A stretch of 27,942 nucleotides of DNA from Elusimicrobiota bacterium (GTDB lineage: Bacteria > Elusimicrobiota > Elusimicrobia > F11): NCBI GenBank assembly GCA_046153645.1, contig JBJXGI010000050.1, positions 1-27,942 of the forward strand, in the 5' to 3' direction. How positions within the stretch are numbered: the first letter of the stretch is position 1; every line of letters begins with the position of its first letter. This document shows, in pieces, positions 18,241-25,000 of this stretch. Below the pieces are notes generated by a model. That model saw only the letters and a list, made by a program, of their open reading frames with translations, ran no database searches and was not told where the DNA came from. The translations under genes were made by a program, and so were the position numbers.

Positions 18241-20274
18241 ATGACCATTCTAGAAATTGTTTGCCCCATTCCGTTGTTGAGAACATTTGATTACATTCTT
18301 CCCGATTCATTGGGCGTTTTAGATCCTATGGATTTGATCGGTTCGCGAGTTAGAATTCCTTTTGGCTTTCGAGATGTGATGGGATTGGTTGTGGGGGTGA
18401 AAACCCATTCCGATTTTGATGAAAAAAAACTAAAACCGATTCGTTCTGTTATCGATCAAAAGCCACTTTTAACCCCTTCTCTCATTGAGGTAGGAAAAAA
18501 AATATCTCACGACACTCTCTCATCATTAGGGGAAACATTGTTTTCTTTTTTTCCATCTAAAGGAAAAATATCTGATGAAGAAACCGCTTTAATTCAGTCG
18601 TCACATAGTTTTGAAAACTTAGCAAGGCAACTCAGTGTCGATCAACAAAAAGCCATTGAGAAAATTCATCAACTTTTACATGAGGGGTCTCCACAAGAAA
18701 TTTTATTGTTGGGCGTTTCCGCGGCCGGTAAAACGGAAGTTTATTTATCAGCCATTCAAGATGTGTTAGCGCAAGGAAAAGAAGCGCTTTTTTTAGTCCC
18801 CGAAGTGGGGCTTTCGTATCAGATGTTTGAAATGGCCAAGCAGAAATTTAATTCTTCTCAAGTGGTTTTGTGGAATGGGCAAAAGACCGAGAAAGAACGG
18901 TGGCATATGTGGGATCAAGTAAAAAAAGGAGATGTGTCGATTGTTGTTGGTACGCGCTCAGCCTTATTTCTCCCTTTTCCACAATTGGGACTTATTATTG
19001 TTGATGAAGAACAGGATTCAGCCTATAAAGAACAAAGAAAACCTAGGTATTTAACAAGTCGTGCGGCCAAAATCAGAGGGAAAATTGAATCAGCTCATGT
19101 TTTATTTGGAAGTGCCACGCCGAGCTTAGAAATATTTCATGAAGCCAAAACTGGAAAAATGAATTTGATTGAGTTGTCAGAACGTGTGGTAGCAACATCA
19201 AAACCAAAAATTGATTTAATTGATTTGAAAGTTGAAAAGAAAAAAGGGGGGTTTTCTTTTCGTTTGTTGAAAGAAATTGAACGGACGGCTAAAGAAAAGA
19301 AGAAAACAATTTTGTTTATTAATAAACGAGGTTTTTTTCGGTACTTAAGATGTCCTGTTTGTTCATGGGTGGCCAAGTGTCCTCATTGTGCTGTTTCGCT
19401 TATTCAGCATAAGAAGAAAGATCAAATTACGTCTGTCATTACAGAGCTCAAAAAAAAGAAGACCATTAAAAAGTATCTTGAAGTGCTTGAATGCCATACG
19501 TGTGGATATCATCAGCCCTCTCCTTCAGAATGTCCCGAATGTCATGAAAAAAAGTTGTTTGCTGGCGGTTTTGGAACGGAACGCGTGGAAGAAGAATTAA
19601 AAGAAAATTTCCCTTGGATTCATTCTCTTCGTTGGGATAGCGACTCTCTTTCAAAAAAAGGAAAACAAGAAGAGGCTTATCAAAAATCACTCGGAGATGA
19701 TGTTGATGTGTTGGTGGGAACTCAAATGGTAGCGCAAGGATTTAATTTTCCCGGAGTCACATTGGTGGGCGTGATCGATGCGGATTCTTCTCTTCATTTG
19801 CCTGATTTTAGAGCGGCTGAAAAAACATTTCAATTGATTGCGCAGGTGGCAGGTCGCGCGGGGCGAGAAATGGTGACAGGCCAAGTTTATATTCAAACCC
19901 ATCACGCTGAACACGAAGCGTTGCAATTGGCCGCCCAACTTGATTACGCGGGGTTTTCTGAAAAAGAGTTAAAACATCGTTATGATTTAATTTATCCACC
20001 TTTTTCAAGGCTTATGACAGTGCGAACAATGGAAAAGAAAAAAAATAATGTAGAAAAAAAGATGAATGATTTTATTGAAAAAATATCAAATACAGAATGG
20101 CCGGAAGCCATTGGCATTTTAGGCCCTTATCCGGCCAAGGGAAAAGATTTTAAAGGGCAACTGCAAGTTCTATTCAAAGTTCCCCATCCCAGCTTTGAAA
20201 TATTTCTCCAATTTTTAAGAGAAAAATATTTTTTCTCCACCCCACAATTCTGGGTTGATGTAGATCCATTTTAA
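18241..20274 (+). CDS. priA: Primosomal protein N' (replication restart helicase)
   Basis: FDY, GKTEVY, LVPE, GTRSA, VDEEQD.AYK, GSATPS, four CxxC motifs, GTQMVAQG and QVAGRAGR. Confidence 0.96.
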   Translation: MTILEIVCPIPLLRTFDYILPDSLGVLDPMDLIGSRVRIPFGFRDVMGLVVGVKTHSDFDEKKLKPIRSVIDQKPLLTPSLIEVGKKISHDTLSSLGETLFSFFPSKGKISDEETALIQSSHSFENLARQLSVDQQKAIEKIHQLLHEGSPQEILLLGVSAAGKTEVYLSAIQDVLAQGKEALFLVPEVGLSYQMFEMAKQKFNSSQVVLWNGQKTEKERWHMWDQVKKGDVSIVVGTRSALFLPFPQLGLIIVDEEQDSAYKEQRKPRYLTSRAAKIRGKIESAHVLFGSATPSLEIFHEAKTGKMNLIELSERVVATSKPKIDLIDLKVEKKKGGFSFRLLKEIERTAKEKKKTILFINKRGFFRYLRCPVCSWVAKCPHCAVSLIQHKKKDQITSVITELKKKKTIKKYLEVLECHTCGYHQPSPSECPECHEKKLFAGGFGTERVEEELKENFPWIHSLRWDSDSLSKKGKQEEAYQKSLGDDVDVLVGTQMVAQGFNFPGVTLVGVIDADSSLHLPDFRAAEKTFQLIAQVAGRAGREMVTGQVYIQTHHAEHEALQLAAQLDYAGFSEKELKHRYDLIYPPFSRLMTVRTMEKKKNNVEKKMNDFIEKISNTEWPEAIGILGPYPAKGKDFKGQLQVLFKVPHPSFEIFLQFLREKYFFSTPQFWVDVDPF

Positions 20275-20284
20275 AAATATCAAA

Positions 20285-20293
20285 TGTTATAAT
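20285..20293 (+). promoter_or_regulatory. Consensus extended -10, probably leaderless transcript
   Basis: TGtTATAAT followed by 6 nt then ATG at 20300. Confidence 0.65.
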
Positions 20294-20299
20294 TCTTAA

Positions 20300-20812
20300 A
20301 TGAAACAAAATGAAATTAAACAGTATTTAGAAGAATTAAATGCTGAATTGTCCTATCAAAATGTCAAAGGCGAGATATGTCTTTATGGTGGAGCTGTTAT
20401 GACTTTGGTCTATAATGCCCGTCCCAGCACAAAAGACGTGGATGCGGTTTTTGAACCTGCATCCGTTATTCGGGGTGCGGCTGTTAAGATATCAAAAAAA
20501 AATCAGCTTCCTGAAGATTGGATAAACGACGCAGTGAAAGGATTTGTTGTTCCTCATGATCGGCATGTTTTTTTTGATTTTTCTCATTTAAAGGTGTTTA
20601 TTCCAGAAGCTGATTATTTGCTTGCGATGAAAGCTTTAGCGGCGCGTGTTGATGGAACTGATAAGCTTGATGTCAAATTTTTAGTAAAAAATATGAACAT
20701 AAAGTCACTTCAGGAGGTTTTCGCCATTATTGAGAAGTATTATCCTAAACAACGAATCAAGCCAGCAACTCAATTTTTTTTAGAAGAGTTATTTGAAAAT
20801 GATTTCAATTAA
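20300..20812 (+). CDS. DUF6036-like/AbiEii-like nucleotidyltransferase
   Basis: YGGAVM...RPSTKDVD, DWINDAVKGF and YLLAMK...R..D..D motifs. Confidence 0.8.
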   Translation: MKQNEIKQYLEELNAELSYQNVKGEICLYGGAVMTLVYNARPSTKDVDAVFEPASVIRGAAVKISKKNQLPEDWINDAVKGFVVPHDRHVFFDFSHLKVFIPEADYLLAMKALAARVDGTDKLDVKFLVKNMNIKSLQEVFAIIEKYYPKQRIKPATQFFLEELFENDFN

Positions 20813-21152
20813 CGAAACAAGAAGTCTTATTCAATCAGATCCTGAAAATTGGAGTGTTTATTTAATGGATTTTGTTGATGAGTTTAGGCGGAGTAAAAAT
20901 ATGGAGTTGCTTGATATCTTGTTTAAGAATTCTGACGAAAAATGGGATCCTTTATTAGCAGCGACGGTGGCCAGCCTTTGCGATGAGATGAAACTCAAAA
21001 TCCCCGATTGGATTTTGGATATTCCTGCTTGCAAAGACCCTTGGTTTGTTTCGGGTGTTGAAAACTTAAAGGCGATTGCGCTTGTTGAAAGCCCACTTCA
21101 ATTTAGAATCAGAAAAATTTTTGTTTTAGAAAATTTTCTTCACCGTGTTTAG
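20799..21152 (+). CDS. Conserved partner of the nucleotidyltransferase (putative antitoxin)
   Basis: DFVDEF, LLAATV..LC, P.W, PWFV and ESP..FR.RKIF motifs; overlaps the upstream gene; start assigned to ATG 20799. Confidence 0.65.
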   Translation: MISINETRSLIQSDPENWSVYLMDFVDEFRRSKNMELLDILFKNSDEKWDPLLAATVASLCDEMKLKIPDWILDIPACKDPWFVSGVENLKAIALVESPLQFRIRKIFVLENFLHRV

Positions 21153-21459
21153 AAAATCCAAAAAATCTTTCAGATGGGAATTTAATATTTTTATCAGTAT
21201 GGGCTGACTAATCGATTGATAATCATGAATAGCGATGTTTCTAAAACCAATCATTTTTTTCATTTTTAGCCCCAATTCAGGTTTTAAAATTTTATTTTTA
21301 ATTAAAAAATCAAACGCTTCTCTGGAATTTTGAGGGATGCCATATCTTTTTTCTGAAACGATATGCATGGCCAAGTCGATAGTTGCTTCACATGCGCGTT
21401 GTAGGTTAAGAATAATGGCATCTTGTCGATTTTTTATTTAAGAAAATATTTTTATCCAT
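21126..21459 (-). pseudogene. hepT: HepT (DUF86) HEPN RNase toxin, frameshifted by an internal deletion
   Basis: ATG 21459 overlapping the MNT stop reads MDKNIFLNKKSTRCHYS*; the next frame reads RQDAIILNLQRACEATIDLAMHIV...GFRNIAIHDY. Confidence 0.85.
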
Positions 21460-21853
21460 AAACGGTGCCTTCTTTTTTAATTCTGTCTAAAATCGGTTTT
21501 CGCTCTTCGTTTAAACGCGCGTAATCACTGAGGGCATACATTTCAAATTCCTGCTTTACTTTTTTATCGGAACAAAAAAGAATATGGCCTTTTTTAATGA
21601 CTTGTATTCTCATAACAGTACTGGCGTCTTGTAGATTGATCAGGTCGACGTCTTTATTCCAATCACTGGCCAGTTCTTGGGCTAAGTCATAGTTTTTTAC
21701 GGCGCTTATCTTTTTTGGGGATAAATAGGCGATATCAATGTCACTGTCATTCCGATTTCGGTTTTCAAAAAATGATCCAAAACCGTAAATTAAAGTTGGT
21801 TTTTGAGTTTTAAGACGTTTTAGTAAAGATTGAAGTAAGTAATTTTTTGTCAT
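21452..21853 (-). CDS. mntA: Minimal nucleotidyltransferase (MntA-type antitoxin)
   Basis: FGS(x)10DID motif and VDLINL; adjacent to a HEPN gene. Confidence 0.88.
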   Translation of the reverse strand: MTKNYLLQSLLKRLKTQKPTLIYGFGSFFENRNRNDSDIDIAYLSPKKISAVKNYDLAQELASDWNKDVDLINLQDASTVMRIQVIKKGHILFCSDKKVKQEFEMYALSDYARLNEERKPILDRIKKEGTVYG

Positions 21854-21872
21854 GAAAACCTTTAAGAAAAAA

Positions 21873-21901
21873 ACAATACAGCTTGATCCTTAAAAAGTCA
21901 A
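21873..21901 (-). promoter_or_regulatory. Putative sigma70 promoter for mntA-hepT
   Basis: TTGACT-17 nt-TATTGT on the minus strand. Confidence 0.5.
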
Positions 21902-22036
21902 TTATGAATTGATTTGGTTGCGGTATTTTTTTGTCATTGATAAATCATTCAACAAATCATTTTTTGACTTTAATCGACTTGTAAAAACAACCTGTTTTTC
22001 ATGCGTATTAAAATTAAAGTTAGATTGAACTTTTCA

Positions 22037-22064
22037 TTGACTTTTTAGGGTTCCCCTTTACATT
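22037..22064 (+). promoter_or_regulatory. Putative sigma70 promoter for the giant gene (leaderless layout)
   Basis: TTGACT-16 nt-TACATT-7 nt-ATG(22072). Confidence 0.5.
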
Positions 22065-22071
22065 ATCTTAT

Positions 22072-25000
22072 ATGTCAATCCGGTGGCGTCAAATCACATC
22101 TCATGGGGGGAGAACTATTTCTTCCCTTTTCTTTTCATTTCTCCGCTTCCGTATTTCCTTTCTAAAAAATATTTCTGCGAAGTTTATTAAACCGGTTGAA
22201 TTATTTTCTTTATTTTTATTTTTATTTTCTCCCTTGGTTTATTCTGCAACCCTCACATGGGATGGGGGAGGAGCAGACAATAATTTCAATACGCCGGCTA
22301 ACTGGTCAAGTGATGTGAACCCCGGTGTTTCTGATGATGTGGAGTTTGATGGAACAAGTAACAAAGCTTGCACGATTAATGTTTCAACAACGATTTTAAG
22401 TTTTTCCATCAAGTCAGGTTCAACCATTACCATCACTCAATCTGCCACCCTGGTTGTGACAAATACAATGTCGATCAGCGCAGGAACATTTAATGCTGGT
22501 TCAAATCTTCTCACCGTTGGAGGAAATTGGAGCCGGACAGGCGTAGGTATTTTTAATGCCAATTCTTCCACAGTTATTTTTAATAGTGCAACAACTCAAA
22601 CATTAACTGGATCGACAACTTTCTATGGAATTCGCGCGCTGACCTCAGGCGCGACACTTCAATTTTCAAACGGTACGACTTCCTACGCCACGAACATGGT
22701 GGATTTTAAAAATATTTCACTTCGATCTGTAACTAATGGCGCGACTGCCTATTTCCAATACACGGGTTCCAGCCAAACGCTGCGCAATTTGATGGTGCGA
22801 GACATCAACTCCTCCGGTGGAACGTTGATGAACGCGCCTGGCAGCACGGACTTGGGAAACAACACCAACTGGAACTTCATCGCTTTTAGTCCCAATCAAA
22901 TTGAGGTAGACGGTGTTGATGGTGGCACCTCCCTGGGGACCTCGTCTTTTGGCGATTTTGACAATGACGGTGACCTTGATATTTTGGTGGTTGGTGAAGA
23001 TGCCACGTCCTATCAGCTTCGCGTTTATCGCAGCAATGGCAACGGAACGTTTGACCCCACGGAGATCGACGTCGATGGCGCCGCGGGTGGAATGCGTTTC
23101 GCCTCTGCCGCGTGGGGCGATTTCGACAATGACAACGACCTCGACATCCTCACGGCCGGTTTCGATTTCTCCAGCAACCGACGCTTGTCGGTTTACCTCA
23201 ACAACGGCAACGGCACTTTTGACGCGACGCAGGTTGAGGTTGATGGCGTGGGGGGAGGCGTTGTTTATGCCGCCGTGGCAGCCGGGGACTTTGATAACGA
23301 TGGCGATCTTGATGTTCTGGCAAGCGGAGCCGATACCAGTGGGCGCCAGCTTCGCGTTTATCGCAACAATGGAAACGGAACGTTTGATGGCAATCAGATA
23401 GAGGTGATTGCTGCTGACTCTGGTTTTGAATCTGGAACAGTTTCTTGGGGAGATTTTGATCGGGATGGTGATTTGGATGTTTTGGCGCTCGGATTAGAAG
23501 GTTTCAACCGACAACTGAGGGTTTATAAGAACCTGGGCAACGGGTCGTTTGATGCCACACCAGTGGAATTGGAGGCAGCCGACTCCGGACTGTCAAATGC
23601 TTCTGCCACGTGGGGCGACTTTGATAACGACGGTGATCTGGATGTCTTGTGCAGTGGCTACGATGGTCTCACTCCTCATACCCGGGTCTATCGAAACAAC
23701 GGAAACGGGACTTTCAACAGCAGCGAAATTTCGATAGGCACCTTGGGTCTTCAAGGAGGCGGCACCGCCTGGGGAGATTACGACAACGACGGTGACCTCG
23801 ACATTCTGGTCTCTGGTATCGATGACAACGGCAGTCAGCTTTTCATTTACAACAACAACGGCAATGGAACTTTTGCTAGCTCGGGCATCGCGGTTGAAGA
23901 CACGGCCAACGCAGGCCTACAGTACGGGTCCGTTTCATGGGGCGACGTCGACAACGATGGCGACCTCGACATTTTGGCCAATGGATCAAGCGGCGGCGGT
24001 CGGCAGCTTCGCGTTTACCTGTCATCGGTCTCTCTCTCCGGTGGCGGGAACACCGCGCCGTCGGCTCCCTCTGGAATAAGCTCGTCTTTCCAATACGCCG
24101 TCAACCGCTCTACGCTTACCTTTAAATGGGATGCTGGTGCTTATGACACAGGTTATTCGTCTAATAGCATTTACTTTAATCTTTGGATGGGTACGAATAC
24201 ATTACCCTCTTCCCCACCAGCAACATTTGAAAAAACTATCATCACTCCTCGTCAAGGTTCCCCTCTTTTTGGAAATTATTTGCGCCCTGCTTATCAAACC
24301 TGGCCGGGTGATGGATCAGCGAAGTTTGGCGTGTATTATTCCACAACACCCAATATTGCAACCAATGCCTTTGACACAGACACTTCTTATTATTGGCGTA
24401 TACAAACCATTGATGCCGGTCTCAAAGAAAGTGCTTGGTCATCACAAAATGTGGCTCGGACAGATGTGGCTCCCAATGCTGTAACAAATTTATCTGCGTT
24501 AACGGGCTCTAGTGATGGAGAAATTAATTTAACTTGGACTTCCCCCGGAGACGATCAATCAACTGGTAATTTAAACCCAGGAACCTTTAGAATTTTTTAT
24601 TCAACGGTGAGTGGCGATATGACGGGCTTAAGTGCCACAACTTCAACCACCACAACATTGGGACAGGTGAATATTTCAACTTCAGGTGTTACACCTGGAA
24701 GTACGCGAAGTAGAATTGTCACCGGTTTAATAAGTGGTGGTACTTATTATATTAGAGTATTTACTGGGGATGAGGTTCCCAACTGGTCGAGTATTTCAAA
24801 TGGGGCCACAGCTTTTTCTTTAGGTGACATAACCACTCCTGCGGCAGTAACCAATCTCACTTCTCTTTCTATTGGCGGATACATTCGCCTTTCCTGGGCA
24901 TCTCCCGGAGATGACAATCTGACTAGCAATTTAAACCCCGGAACATTTCGAATTTTCTATTCCACGGTGAGTGGTGATATGTCTGCTTTAACGGCAACAA

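Noticed and set aside
7441..20798. ORF-track starts at 7441, 13864, 17410 and 20793
   Set aside because: Downstream ATGs (7471, 13792, 17428, 20799) fit family N-termini, gene overlaps or promoter spacing better
21854..22071. Repeated TTGACTTT motifs as operator sites
   Set aside because: Two of the three are explained as -35 boxes of divergent promoters in very AT-rich DNA
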